A model generated the notes under the pieces. That model saw nothing but the letters and a program-made list of their open reading frames with translations, was not told the origin of the DNA and did no database searches. 64,000 nt of DNA from Nitrospirota bacterium (lineage in GTDB: Bacteria > Nitrospirota > UBA9217): positions 1,824,001 to 1,888,000 of the forward strand of contig OY760142.1 of the NCBI GenBank assembly GCA_963663225.1. The letters run 5' to 3'. Positions 10,494-20,445 of this stretch are shown here, piece after piece; position 1 is the first letter of the stretch; every line of letters starts with the position of its first letter. The translations under genes were made by a program, and so were the position numbers.

Positions 10494-10883
10494 ATGAAAA
10501 AGAGCATACTTATGATGATGGCCGTACTTTTGGTAACGGGTATTGCCTCTGCAAAAGGATATGAGATCCAGAAGAAGGCAGGCGAATATGACGTCACTGT
10601 AGCTATTGACAGAAATCCGCCGGTAACCGGCAACAATGGAATCAGCATTTCGGTAAAGGATGCCGCAGGAAAACCTGTCAAAGACGCTGCGGTAAAAGTG
10701 GAGTATTCCATGCCGGCCATGCCGGGAATGCCGGCCATGAATTACAAGACCGACGCGGTGCTTCACGGCGATGAGTACAAGGCCATGATGTCCCTTTCCA
10801 TGGGCGGTTCCTGGAACATTGCAGTGAAAATTTCAAAAGCGGGAAAAATATCCACCATGAAGTTCACCGTGGATGCGAAATAG
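10494..10883 (+). CDS. YtkA/FixH-like secreted Met-rich protein, copy 2
   Basis: Same length (129 aa) and motifs as copy 1 (YSMPAMPGMPAM, MGGSW). Confidence 0.82.
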   Translation: MKKSILMMMAVLLVTGIASAKGYEIQKKAGEYDVTVAIDRNPPVTGNNGISISVKDAAGKPVKDAAVKVEYSMPAMPGMPAMNYKTDAVLHGDEYKAMMSLSMGGSWNIAVKISKAGKISTMKFTVDAK

Positions 10884-12213
10884 GCGGACTATGAAAAAGG
10901 AAGAATACAGCAGAGAGAGAAATATACCCTGGCGATTTTTCGTGAATGTGGTACTGGCTCTGCTGTGTTCTGTATTCCTGTGGCCTCGCACCGCGGTAGC
11001 CGCGGACGAAGCTCCGGGCCTTCAAGCGCTGATTGAAGAAGCCCTGAAAAACAATCGGGAGGTGCGGGCGGCGGAAGCGAAATGGAACGCATCAACGTAC
11101 CGGGTCCCGCAGGCGGAAAGCCTGCCGGACCCCATGGTCATGTTCGGCTATCAGAATGAAGGCTGGAACAGATATACCTACGGTCAGATGCAGGGATCGC
11201 AGTGGATGTATTCGGTGTCCCAGACATTTCCGTTTCCGGGGAAACGGTCGCTCAAGGGAGAAATGGCCGCTCGGGAGGCGGAAAGCTACGCCGCGGCGTA
11301 CGAGGCGGTTCGCCTCAGGGTTGCCGCGTCGGTCAGGCAGCTCTACTATGACTTGTTTCTCGCATACAAAACGTCCGACCTGATCCAGGACAAAACAGCC
11401 CTGTTCACCAGAATAGAAGACGCCGCACTGGCCCGGTATTCCGCAGGCTTGGGCACGCAGCAGGAGGTGCTCATGGCGCAGACGGAAAAATACATGCTGC
11501 TTGAAAAAGAGACCATGCTCAGTCAAAAGATGGAATCGCTGCAAGCGATGCTGAATAACGCGATAGGTAGAGAGGCGAATGCCCCACTCGAGCGGCCGGC
11601 CGCGCCTGAACGGTCGGTCTTCGGCCATTCAGCGGAGGAACTACTCGCTCTGGCCTACGAACATTCACCGGAAATCCGGTCTCGTGAAAAAATGAAGGAC
11701 TCCTCGAAGGCACAGATCAGTCTGTCGCAGAAGGATTACTATCCGGATCTTACTCTCGCCGGAAGCGTCTACCAGCGCAAAGGGGATTTTGAAGACATGT
11801 GGAGCCTCACCGCCACGATCAACATTCCCCTCTTTTTCAGAAAAAAACAATCGGCCGTTGCTGAAGCACGGTCTCTCTCCTATCAGGCGGAGAGCGAACT
11901 GGAGGCGGTCAAACTGATGCTTTCGTCGACCATACGGGACAATTTTTCCATGCTGACCATGGCGGAAAAACTGATGGATTTATATAAAGTCGGCCTTATC
12001 CCGAAAACCTATCAGGATTTCGAGTTGGCCCTTTCGGGCTACCGGTCGGGGAAGGTTGAGGCCATAACGGTCATCAACCGGCTGAAGGCTCTCCTTGATT
12101 ATGAGACCCTGTACTGGGGACAGTACGTGGAGCGGGAAAAGGCCGTTGCACGGCTGGTATCAATTGCAGGAATTGCAGATCCGAAAACGGTGGTGATAAA
12201 AAATGAACATTAA
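10873..12213 (+). CDS. TolC-family outer membrane efflux protein, CusC-like (start may be 10891)
   Basis: OEP-like repeats (LPDPM, SQTFPFPGK, YYPDL); precedes the MFP and RND genes. Confidence 0.88.
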   Translation: MRNRRTMKKEEYSRERNIPWRFFVNVVLALLCSVFLWPRTAVAADEAPGLQALIEEALKNNREVRAAEAKWNASTYRVPQAESLPDPMVMFGYQNEGWNRYTYGQMQGSQWMYSVSQTFPFPGKRSLKGEMAAREAESYAAAYEAVRLRVAASVRQLYYDLFLAYKTSDLIQDKTALFTRIEDAALARYSAGLGTQQEVLMAQTEKYMLLEKETMLSQKMESLQAMLNNAIGREANAPLERPAAPERSVFGHSAEELLALAYEHSPEIRSREKMKDSSKAQISLSQKDYYPDLTLAGSVYQRKGDFEDMWSLTATINIPLFFRKKQSAVAEARSLSYQAESELEAVKLMLSSTIRDNFSMLTMAEKLMDLYKVGLIPKTYQDFELALSGYRSGKVEAITVINRLKALLDYETLYWGQYVEREKAVARLVSIAGIADPKTVVIKNEH

Positions 12214-13390
12214 ACGATTCGCTCGCATTGCGGTTTTTTCCGTGCTTGGAGGTGCAGTCGCGGTATTTCCCGTGTCCACCTTCAATGGGCAAGCACTATT
12301 GCAGCAGGCCTACGCGCAGCATGCAGGACATGGCGAAGGAACGCCGTCAAAAGAGCAGGCCGCAGGCCAGCCCGAAGAGGAAGCCTCCACGGTGGAGATA
12401 CCCGCGGACAAGCAGCAGATGATCGGCGTCAAAACAGCGTCGGCAACCGTGCAATCAATCCGTAAAACCATCAGGACTGTGGGAAGGGTAGAGGCGGATG
12501 AAAAGAAACTTGCCACGATCAATCTCAAATTTGAGGCGTGGATAGAGAAACTCTATGTAGATTATACCGGTAAATATGTAAAAAAAGGAGAAGCGCTTGC
12601 CGAAGTTTACAGCCCGGAACTGTTTGCGACCCAGCAGGAGTTTATTAATCTGCTCAAATGGAAAAACCGAAAAAGTGACGTGAAAAGCACGGAGATGGAC
12701 GCGATGCTTTCCCGTGACGCGGAGGCAATCGTTGAAGCGGCGAAACAGCGATTGAGGCTGTGGGACATCTCGGATGAGCAGATTAATTCCCTAGCGGAGA
12801 CCGGAAAACCGATCCGGACGCTTACGATTTTCAGCCCTGTCAGCGGTTATGTCATACAGAAAACGGCACTCCAGGGAATGCGGGCCGCTCCCGGAGAAAA
12901 ACTTTTTGACATAGCGGATCTGTCCACCGTCTGGATCATTTCCGACATTTACGAATATGAGCTTTCCCTGATCCGGGCAGGCGACACGGCGAAAATCACG
13001 ATGAGTTATTTCCCCGGAAAAGAGTTCAACGCCCGTGTCGATTATATCTATCCTGTTCTCGCCGGTGAAACAAGGACCGCCAAAGTGCGGTTTTCCATGC
13101 CGAATCCCGGCGGACAGCTGAAACCCCAGATGTTTACGAACGTGGAGCTGAAAATAGGCATGGGAAGGAAGCTGGTTGTTCCTGAAGACGCAGTCATCGA
13201 CACCGGCGCGCGGCAGATTGTTTATGTGGACAAGGGGGACGGAAATTTCGAACCGAGGGAAGTAACTGTCGGGACCCGGTTCGACGGCATGGCGGAGATC
13301 GTGAAAGGATTGAAGCCGAAAGAAAAGGTCGCTGCTGCCGCAACATTCCTGATTGATTCGGAAGCGCGTTTGAAAGGCGTTGTGAAATAG
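12203..13390 (+). CDS. cusB: RND periplasmic adaptor, CusB-like
   Basis: WIEKLYVD..G..VKKGE, YSPEL..TQQEF, LKPQMF, FLIDSE; HAGHG N-terminus. Confidence 0.88.
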   Translation: MNIKRFARIAVFSVLGGAVAVFPVSTFNGQALLQQAYAQHAGHGEGTPSKEQAAGQPEEEASTVEIPADKQQMIGVKTASATVQSIRKTIRTVGRVEADEKKLATINLKFEAWIEKLYVDYTGKYVKKGEALAEVYSPELFATQQEFINLLKWKNRKSDVKSTEMDAMLSRDAEAIVEAAKQRLRLWDISDEQINSLAETGKPIRTLTIFSPVSGYVIQKTALQGMRAAPGEKLFDIADLSTVWIISDIYEYELSLIRAGDTAKITMSYFPGKEFNARVDYIYPVLAGETRTAKVRFSMPNPGGQLKPQMFTNVELKIGMGRKLVVPEDAVIDTGARQIVYVDKGDGNFEPREVTVGTRFDGMAEIVKGLKPKEKVAAAATFLIDSEARLKGVVK

Positions 13391-13496
13391 AACCGAACGC
13401 ACGGTGTTGCGCGGGAGCAAGAACGCATCTCCCGAAGTTTTTTCAGGCCGCTGGTACTGAGGAACATCCAGCGTATATGCTGAGGAATATGATGGT

Positions 13497-16400
13497 ATGA
13501 TTGCCAGGATCATTGAGTACAGCGCCAAAAATAAATTTATCATTTTTCTGTTCGTGATCTTTCTGTGTATTTGGGGCTATCTCTCACTCAAAAACACCCC
13601 GCTTGATGCCATCCCCGATTTGAGCGACACGCAGGTTATCATCTACACGGAATGGCCGGGCCGAAGTCCGAACCTGGTGGAAGACCAGGTGACCTATCCC
13701 ATCAGTGCGACTCTTCTTGCGGCCCCGAAGGTCCAGGTCGTGCGGGGATTTTCCTATCTGGGAAGCTCGTTCATTTACGTCATCTTTGAAGAAGGGACCG
13801 ATATCTACTGGGCAAGGAGCAGAGTGCTGGAGTATCTCCAGGCGGTAAAAGGCAAGATTCCCGTCGATGTGAACCCGGTACTGGGACCCGATGCCACCAG
13901 CGTGGGATGGGGATTTTCCTACGCAGTGACTGATGAAACCGGGCACTATGATCTTTCGCAACTCCGTACGGTGCAGGACTATACGATCAAGCTTGCTCTT
14001 GAAAGCGTGCCCGGCGTTTCACAAGTTGCGAGCGTCGGCGGATTCGTCAAGCAGTATCAGATTACGGTGGACCCAAACCGGCTTGCCGCATTCAACATTC
14101 CCGTGACTAGGGTGATGGAGGCGGTCAAAAAAAGCAACAGCGATGTTGAAGGAAGGGTTCTGGAGTTTTCGGGCGTGGAATACATGATCCGGGGCCGGGG
14201 ATATATCAACTCGGTCAAGGACATTGAAAACATTGCCGTAGGAAGCAGCGGCTCCGGCACGCCTGTTTTTTTAAAAGACGTCGCCCGGGTGCGGCTGGGT
14301 CCGGAGATACGGAGAGGACTTGCCGAACTCGACGGCAAGGGAGAAGTTGCGGGCGGCATTGTGGTGGTGCGGTTCGGCGAAAATGTCCTGAACGTCATAG
14401 ACCGGGTGAAGGAAAAGATCAGGAACAGCATCGAACCAAGCCTGCCGAAGGGCATGAAGATCACGGTCACCTATGACCGGTCCGATCTTATCCATCGATC
14501 AATTGCCACCCTGAAGGAAGAAATTTTCAAGCTTGCGGTTGCGGTAAGCATCGTCTGCGTCGTGTTTTTGTTTCATCTTCCCAGCGCGCTTGTGGTCATT
14601 CTGACATTGCCGGTTGCCATTATCATCTCCTTCATCCTGATGCATTTCCTGCATGTTACATCGAACATCATGAGCCTTTCCGGCATCGCGATCGCCATCG
14701 GCGCCATGGTGGACGCATCCATCATCATGGTGGAGAATGCGCATAAAAAACTTGAAGAATGGGAGCATGCGGGCAGGCCGGGCAGCCGCACGGAGGTCAT
14801 TATCGAAGCGGCACAGGAAGTCGGGCCGTCGCTCTTCTTTTCCCTTCTGGTGATCACCGTCGGGTTTCTTCCGGTTTTCTCGCTTCAGGCGCAGGCGGGC
14901 AGGCTCTTCAAGCCGCTGGCGTATACCAAGACGTTCGCCATGCTCTTTTCATCGTTTCTCGCAGTGACGCTGACTCCGGTGCTGATGACGCTGTTTATCC
15001 GGGGGAAGCTGCGGCCAGAGGAATCGAATCCGGTGAGCGTTTTCCTCCGCCGGATCTATGAACCAGTCGCCGTAATCACCCTGCAATTCAGGAAAACAGT
15101 CATCATTGCCGCGCTCCTTATCATGGCCGTGACGGTGTATCCTTTTCTGAAGCTCGGAACGGAATTCATGCCGCCGCTGTACGAAGGGACGCTTTTTTAC
15201 ATGCCGGTCACGGTGCCGCCGCCTTCCATCTCGGTTGTGTCCGATCTTCTGCAGCTGCAGGACAGACTGCTCATGAAGATTCCGGAAGTTGCGCAGGTCT
15301 TCGGAAAGGCGGGGCGGGCGGAAACGGCGACGGATCCCGCGCCGCTTGAAATGTTCGAGACCGTCATCAATCTCAAACCGGAATCCGAGTGGCGAAAGGG
15401 AATGGACGTCGAGAAGCTCAAGAATGAAATGAATGACGCGCTTTCCATCCCCGGCGTCGCCAACTCCTTCACCATGCCGATCAAGGCCCGAATAGACATG
15501 CTCGCCACGGGCATACGGACGCCGGTCGGGGTCAAGGTGCTCGGCCCCAACATCGAGGAAATCGAGAAGACAGGCCTTGCCGTCGAAGAAGCGGTAAAAA
15601 ATATCAAGGGTACGAGGAGCGCCTATGCCGAACGGGTGACCACCGGGTATTACCTGGATATTGTTATCAAACGGGAGGAGGCGGCGAGGTACGGTCTGGC
15701 GGTTGATGATATCCAGCAGGTCATCCAGTCCGCCGTAGGCGGCATGAACCTCACCACAACGATCGAGGGCCGGGAGCGGTATCCGGTGAATGTCAGGTAC
15801 TCGCAGGAGCTGAGAGATTCCATTGAGAAGATGAGGCGGGTGCTTGTGCCGGTGTTCTCGGGAGGCGCAGGGTCGTCAGCGGCGGATCCCATGCAGCCTG
15901 CCTCCAGTCGTCAGACTTCGGCACAGAATGCAAGATTGCTTCAAGTGCCGCTGGGTGAAATTGCGGACATCAGGATCGTGAAAGGTCCGACGGCGATCAA
16001 GAGCGAGGAAGGCCTCCTGACCGCATACGTGTACATCGATTTTTCAGGGCGCGACGTGGGCGGCTATGTTGAGGAGGCCAAGGCAAAAGTGAACGAATCG
16101 GTCAGACTTCCTCCGGGATACCGGCTGCAATGGAGCGGAGAGTACGAATACATTCTGAAAACCCATGAACGGCTGAAGATGGTCATTCCGTTGACGATTC
16201 TGATCATCTTTGTCCTTATTTATTTCAACACCCGGTCCGTCGGCAAGACATGCATTGTTCTTCTTGCCGTGCCGTTCTCTCTCGTGGGGTCCTTCTGGTT
16301 TCTCTATTTGCTGAACTATAACATGAGCATTGCCGTGTGGGTCGGAATCATTGCGCTTGCCGGCCTGGATGCCGAGACCGGCGTGGTCATGCTTCTGTAC

Positions 16401-16715
16401 CTCGAGCTTGCTTATGACAAGTGGAAACGGAATGGTAAGCTGAAAACAGCAACCGACCTGAAAGAAGCGGTGATGGAAGGTGCGGTGAAGCGGATCCGGC
16501 CGAAAATCATGACCGTAAGCGTCATTCTGGCGGGCTTGGTCCCCATTATGTTCAGCCACGGAGCTGGATCGGATATCATGAAACGCATTGCCGCGCCCAT
16601 GATCGGCGGCATTGTGACATCGACCTTTCTCGAGCTGCTTATCTATCCGGCGATTTACATAACCTGGAAGGAATGGGAAATAAAGAAAGCGAAAACAGAA
16701 AACCTGAAAACATAA
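13497..16715 (+). CDS. cusA: Cu/Ag heavy-metal RND efflux transporter CusA
   Basis: LDAIPDLSDTQVII, GPDATSVGW, NIMSLSGIAIAIGAMVDA, TDPAPLEMFET, GAVKRIRPKIMT. Confidence 0.95.
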   Translation: MIARIIEYSAKNKFIIFLFVIFLCIWGYLSLKNTPLDAIPDLSDTQVIIYTEWPGRSPNLVEDQVTYPISATLLAAPKVQVVRGFSYLGSSFIYVIFEEGTDIYWARSRVLEYLQAVKGKIPVDVNPVLGPDATSVGWGFSYAVTDETGHYDLSQLRTVQDYTIKLALESVPGVSQVASVGGFVKQYQITVDPNRLAAFNIPVTRVMEAVKKSNSDVEGRVLEFSGVEYMIRGRGYINSVKDIENIAVGSSGSGTPVFLKDVARVRLGPEIRRGLAELDGKGEVAGGIVVVRFGENVLNVIDRVKEKIRNSIEPSLPKGMKITVTYDRSDLIHRSIATLKEEIFKLAVAVSIVCVVFLFHLPSALVVILTLPVAIIISFILMHFLHVTSNIMSLSGIAIAIGAMVDASIIMVENAHKKLEEWEHAGRPGSRTEVIIEAAQEVGPSLFFSLLVITVGFLPVFSLQAQAGRLFKPLAYTKTFAMLFSSFLAVTLTPVLMTLFIRGKLRPEESNPVSVFLRRIYEPVAVITLQFRKTVIIAALLIMAVTVYPFLKLGTEFMPPLYEGTLFYMPVTVPPPSISVVSDLLQLQDRLLMKIPEVAQVFGKAGRAETATDPAPLEMFETVINLKPESEWRKGMDVEKLKNEMNDALSIPGVANSFTMPIKARIDMLATGIRTPVGVKVLGPNIEEIEKTGLAVEEAVKNIKGTRSAYAERVTTGYYLDIVIKREEAARYGLAVDDIQQVIQSAVGGMNLTTTIEGRERYPVNVRYSQELRDSIEKMRRVLVPVFSGGAGSSAADPMQPASSRQTSAQNARLLQVPLGEIADIRIVKGPTAIKSEEGLLTAYVYIDFSGRDVGGYVEEAKAKVNESVRLPPGYRLQWSGEYEYILKTHERLKMVIPLTILIIFVLIYFNTRSVGKTCIVLLAVPFSLVGSFWFLYLLNYNMSIAVWVGIIALAGLDAETGVVMLLYLELAYDKWKRNGKLKTATDLKEAVMEGAVKRIRPKIMTVSVILAGLVPIMFSHGAGSDIMKRIAAPMIGGIVTSTFLELLIYPAIYITWKEWEIKKAKTENLKT

Positions 16716-16744
16716 CAAAGACAGCGGGGAAATAATGCTGTTCG

Positions 16745-17428
16745 TTATTTCTGTTTTTCGGACATTGCGGCATCATAACGTTTCATATAATCGCCGACCA
16801 TGCGTTCCGAATCACAGCCCAAGGCTTTTGCGTAGAGCGAGAGGAAGCCGCGGAGATAGGGCCGTGCCGGCAGTTTTTTAAAATTTTCCGATTCGATGAA
16901 CTCAAGATAGCGGGTGCCGATTTTCGTTATGTCGGCGATGCTGCGGATTGTCTGGCCATGCTGCTCACGCAGTATCCGGATGGCAGGACCGGTGAATTCG
17001 GTCACCAGGCCGGAGACCGGAGTGGCACTTGGTTGCGGCCGCTCCCCGGGTTCCTGCTGCATCGGCTGCTGCGGTTTTTCAAGGAAGCGGTTTTCCGAAG
17101 GCAAAGAAAAGGCGGGTTGGACTGGCACGGACTCGATTTTCCGGGAAAATTCCGGAAAGGGAGAGTCATCTCCTTCCTCTGCACGACTTTTGAGCATGGC
17201 ATCATACCGTTTCCGGTTGTCTTCATAGACAAGCGTGCGGTACGCCTCCTCGATTCGCTGGTGCATTATCGCTGTTTCCTCCGGCGTGAAGAGAGAATAC
17301 AGCGCGATGGAGTTCGGCTCATACACGCGTCGTATCCGTTCGTACGCTTTGTGAATTTCCTGCTTCGTGGCCGTCGGGCTGACTTCCAGCAGTTCGTAAA
17401 AATTCAGGTTCTCAATTTTTTTCAACAT
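16745..17428 (-). CDS. J-like domain plus RodZ-type HTH protein
   Basis: N-terminal NFYELLEVSPTAT..EI.KAY J fold with YEPN in place of HPD; C-terminal LRE..G.TI..IA..TKI...YLEFIE...F.KLP..YLRGFL..YAKALG. Confidence 0.8.
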   Translation of the reverse strand: MLKKIENLNFYELLEVSPTATKQEIHKAYERIRRVYEPNSIALYSLFTPEETAIMHQRIEEAYRTLVYEDNRKRYDAMLKSRAEEGDDSPFPEFSRKIESVPVQPAFSLPSENRFLEKPQQPMQQEPGERPQPSATPVSGLVTEFTGPAIRILREQHGQTIRSIADITKIGTRYLEFIESENFKKLPARPYLRGFLSLYAKALGCDSERMVGDYMKRYDAAMSEKQK

Positions 17429-17443
17429 TGCTCTCCTCCCTTC

Positions 17444-18397
17444 TCAGTACAGCACGTTGAGTGAGAGCTGCTCTTTTCTGAGCAGGTTATGAACAATACG
17501 TTCGATGCAGCGTGACGGACGAGAATACGGATATTCCACGGCGAGCGGCCGTTTGCTTCGTATGGACTGCCAGACGCAATCATCGTATTCAACATAGCCG
17601 AGATATTCGAGATTGATGCCGAAGTATTTATGGCAGGCGCTCTTCATGGCGAATCCGATTTGAATGTCGTTTTTGGTGCGCACCTGGTTCACCACCAGCT
17701 TCGGTTTGAACTTTGCCACTTCAAGTTCGAGGATTTCCCCCACTTCCCGCTCCATCTGCTTGACCCGCTCGATCAAATCGTACGGTGTCCGGATGCCCAT
17801 GCTGTTTTTCTGGTCCATGGCGGCGTCTATCAAGTCTTTGATCCCCTGGTTGCTGACGACGCGTTTAAACCGCCGGTAGAAGGCGCTTTTAATGAAGCGG
17901 TATGCGTTTTCGATGGCCGTGGGTTCCGGCAGCACCACCAGAATACCGTGGTCCGAGAACAGGAAAAAATCCAGAATATTGAAGGAAGTGCCTGCGCCGA
18001 GGTCCAGGAGAATGTAATCCGCGTCCAGGGTCTCGAGATGGCGCAGCAGCCGGGTTTTCTGGGCAAAGTTGGGGTTCGCCGCATCAAGAAAATCCTGCGC
18101 GCCGCTGATGAGGTACAGATTGGGAATGGCTGTTTTAATGACGACATCGTTGATGCTCTCAACCCGGCGGTTCAGAAAGTCTGAGAGCGTGACATCCGGC
18201 ACGCCGATGCCGAGCGTTGTGTGAAGATTTGCCCCGCCGAGGTCAGCGTCAACCAGCAGGACCTTTTTCTTGAATCGGGAGAGAAAGATGCCGACATTGC
18301 CGGTAATCAGGCTTTTGCCGATCCCTCCCTTGCCTCCGCCGATCGCCCAGATTTCCTTTTTTCGCAGTGCGTCCTGCAGTTCCGTGTCTAGCATCAT
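17444..18397 (-). CDS. MinD/ParA/FlhG-family P-loop ATPase
   Basis: Deviant Walker A GGGKGGIGKS, VDADLGGANL, LDLGAG, PEPTAIENAY; ATGA overlap with scpB. Confidence 0.9.
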   Translation of the reverse strand: MMLDTELQDALRKKEIWAIGGGKGGIGKSLITGNVGIFLSRFKKKVLLVDADLGGANLHTTLGIGVPDVTLSDFLNRRVESINDVVIKTAIPNLYLISGAQDFLDAANPNFAQKTRLLRHLETLDADYILLDLGAGTSFNILDFFLFSDHGILVVLPEPTAIENAYRFIKSAFYRRFKRVVSNQGIKDLIDAAMDQKNSMGIRTPYDLIERVKQMEREVGEILELEVAKFKPKLVVNQVRTKNDIQIGFAMKSACHKYFGINLEYLGYVEYDDCVWQSIRSKRPLAVEYPYSRPSRCIERIVHNLLRKEQLSLNVLY

Positions 18398-19407
18398 CCG
18401 GCGCTGTTCTCCCTGTTTGCGGCCGCGCTCACCGGCTCGGCCTGCGGTGCTTCCGACTCCGCAGCAGCCGGTTCCTCTTCCGGCGCCGCATCCGCGCTTT
18501 CCGGGGATAATTCTTCCATGACCTCTTCACCGGGTTCCAACTCCTGAAATTCCTTCAGAGTCGGAAGCGCGGAAAGATCCCTTAAACCGAAGTACTGGAG
18601 AAATTCCTGGCTTGTGCCGTACAGCATGGGTTTGCCGGGGATGTCTTTTTTCCCGACAATCTTGACGAGACGGCGCTCCATCAGGTTGCGCACGATGCCG
18701 CCGATGTTCACTCCTCTGATGGCTTCAACTTCGGTGCGGGTGATAGGCTGCTTGTACGCGATAATGGCAAGTGTTTCAAGCGCCGGCCGCGACAGTTTGG
18801 ATGATGCCTTTACGGATCTGAATTTTCGTATCCAGCCGGCATTTTCCGGTCTGGTAACGAGCTGGTATCCCCCGGCAACTTCCGCAAGCAGGATGCCGGA
18901 GACCCTTGCGTCATATTCATCCCGCAGCGCTTCAATCTGTGACTCAATTTGATCTTGCGTGAATTCTTCAAAAATGCCCTTGAGGCGGTCCAGGGACAGG
19001 GGAGCAGCTGCGACGAAAAGCAGGGATTCTATCGCTGACTTTAACTGAGGACTGTCCGGAGAAGAAGGCTGGGCCGCGATTTCTGCGGAGACCTCCTGGT
19101 TTTCCAGCGCCTGCAGCAGGGGCTGATCCTGGGGCGTCTCTGCCGCTGTTTGTTCCTGAACAGATTGGAGGGGTTGATTTTCTGCAGCAGGTTCCTGCCT
19201 GGGTTCCTCCTGCTCCGGTTGGACCGGGGCATTGTCCGACGCAGGCTCCTGGTGCTGCTCCTGCGCGGCCTGCGGCTGTGGGTTTTCAGTTGATTTCAGT
19301 TGCTGATCTTCCAAATGTACGGTACCTCGTCTTAATCGCTTTATTAAGGAGTCGGAAATGAAGCCTGAAATATATTGAAAAAATTTTCCTAGGGCTTTAA
19401 AAATCAT
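18394..19407 (-). CDS. scpB: SMC-Scp complex subunit ScpB (probable true start TTG at 19314)
   Basis: AIESLLF, EVAGGYQL, LSRPALETLAIIAYKQPITR.EVEAIRGV, YGTS.EFL.YFGL. Confidence 0.93.
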   Translation of the reverse strand: MIFKALGKFFQYISGFISDSLIKRLRRGTVHLEDQQLKSTENPQPQAAQEQHQEPASDNAPVQPEQEEPRQEPAAENQPLQSVQEQTAAETPQDQPLLQALENQEVSAEIAAQPSSPDSPQLKSAIESLLFVAAAPLSLDRLKGIFEEFTQDQIESQIEALRDEYDARVSGILLAEVAGGYQLVTRPENAGWIRKFRSVKASSKLSRPALETLAIIAYKQPITRTEVEAIRGVNIGGIVRNLMERRLVKIVGKKDIPGKPMLYGTSQEFLQYFGLRDLSALPTLKEFQELEPGEEVMEELSPESADAAPEEEPAAAESEAPQAEPVSAAANRENSAG

Positions 19408-19452
19408 CGATAATGAAGAGTATGGCTTGATGAAATAGGGCCCCGGTAAATC

Positions 19453-20211
19453 TTATCCGAACAGGCTCCCTGTTGCTGTATCACGATTCTGCGCATCGGT
19501 TACGGCTTTCATAATTCTGATGGCGCCGAATTCTTCGACTTGAAAAACTTTTACAACCCGTGTTTTGATAAGTTCGAGAGTCGCCAGAAACGTTGCGATC
19601 ACCTGGGGTTTTGTATTGTTTCCTTCAAAAAGATCGGTGAATAATACACTGTCCGCTGCTTCGAGCCGTGCCAGTATCTGGGATATTTTTTCAGTAATGG
19701 AGACGGTATCGGTCGTGACTTCGAATGATACATCAGGAACGCGCGCCATTACGTCCTTGAGCGCCGCCAGAAGATCAAAGAGATGAAAGTCGAACAACAG
19801 CGGCTCATCATCCGCCGGTACGCCGGGGCCGGCATCGGCCGGCCGCGTGTATATCTTCGACCAGGTCTCCTCTTTGTTTTCAAGCGATCCCGCCGCTTCC
19901 TTGAAGCTCTTGTATTCAAGCAGCCTGCGGATCAGTTCGGCACGCGGGTCAACGCCGTCCTCCTCGTTTTCAGGGTTTTCGGAGGGAGGAAGCAGCATTT
20001 TCGATTTAATATGCGTGAGCGTGGAAGCCATTACAAGAAATTCACCGGCAATTTCCATGTCAAGGCTTTTCATTAATTCAAGATATTCCAGATACTGCTG
20101 GGTGATAAGGGCGATGGGGATGGAGTAAATATCGAGTTCGTGTTTCTTGATGAGATGCAGGAGAAGGTCCATGGGGCCTTCGAATATCTCCAGTTTGATC
20201 TGGTATGACAT
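19453..20211 (-). CDS. scpA: Segregation/condensation protein A
   Basis: FEGPMDLLLHLI, AGEFLVMA, IKSKMLLP, DPRAELIRRLLEY, TFLATLEL. Confidence 0.95.
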   Translation of the reverse strand: MSYQIKLEIFEGPMDLLLHLIKKHELDIYSIPIALITQQYLEYLELMKSLDMEIAGEFLVMASTLTHIKSKMLLPPSENPENEEDGVDPRAELIRRLLEYKSFKEAAGSLENKEETWSKIYTRPADAGPGVPADDEPLLFDFHLFDLLAALKDVMARVPDVSFEVTTDTVSITEKISQILARLEAADSVLFTDLFEGNNTKPQVIATFLATLELIKTRVVKVFQVEEFGAIRIMKAVTDAQNRDTATGSLFG

Positions 20212-20445
20212 GTACTAAAAAACCTCTCCTTTACAGGTCGTGCTGACACCGGCCTCGGGTGTAATAACAACTGAAAATTAGCCTCATTTCCCCGAAAAGT
20301 CAAGAGAAAAGCTCGTCGCCGGGGATTTTATGCGCTGCGGTCTGGCTGTTTTGTGCGTTTTTGATCACCGGGTGCAGGAAGCGGCGGTTCAGTGACAAGA
20401 AAAGTGTTTACACCGGCGGTGAAGGGCACTAATCTGCGGAATGAT

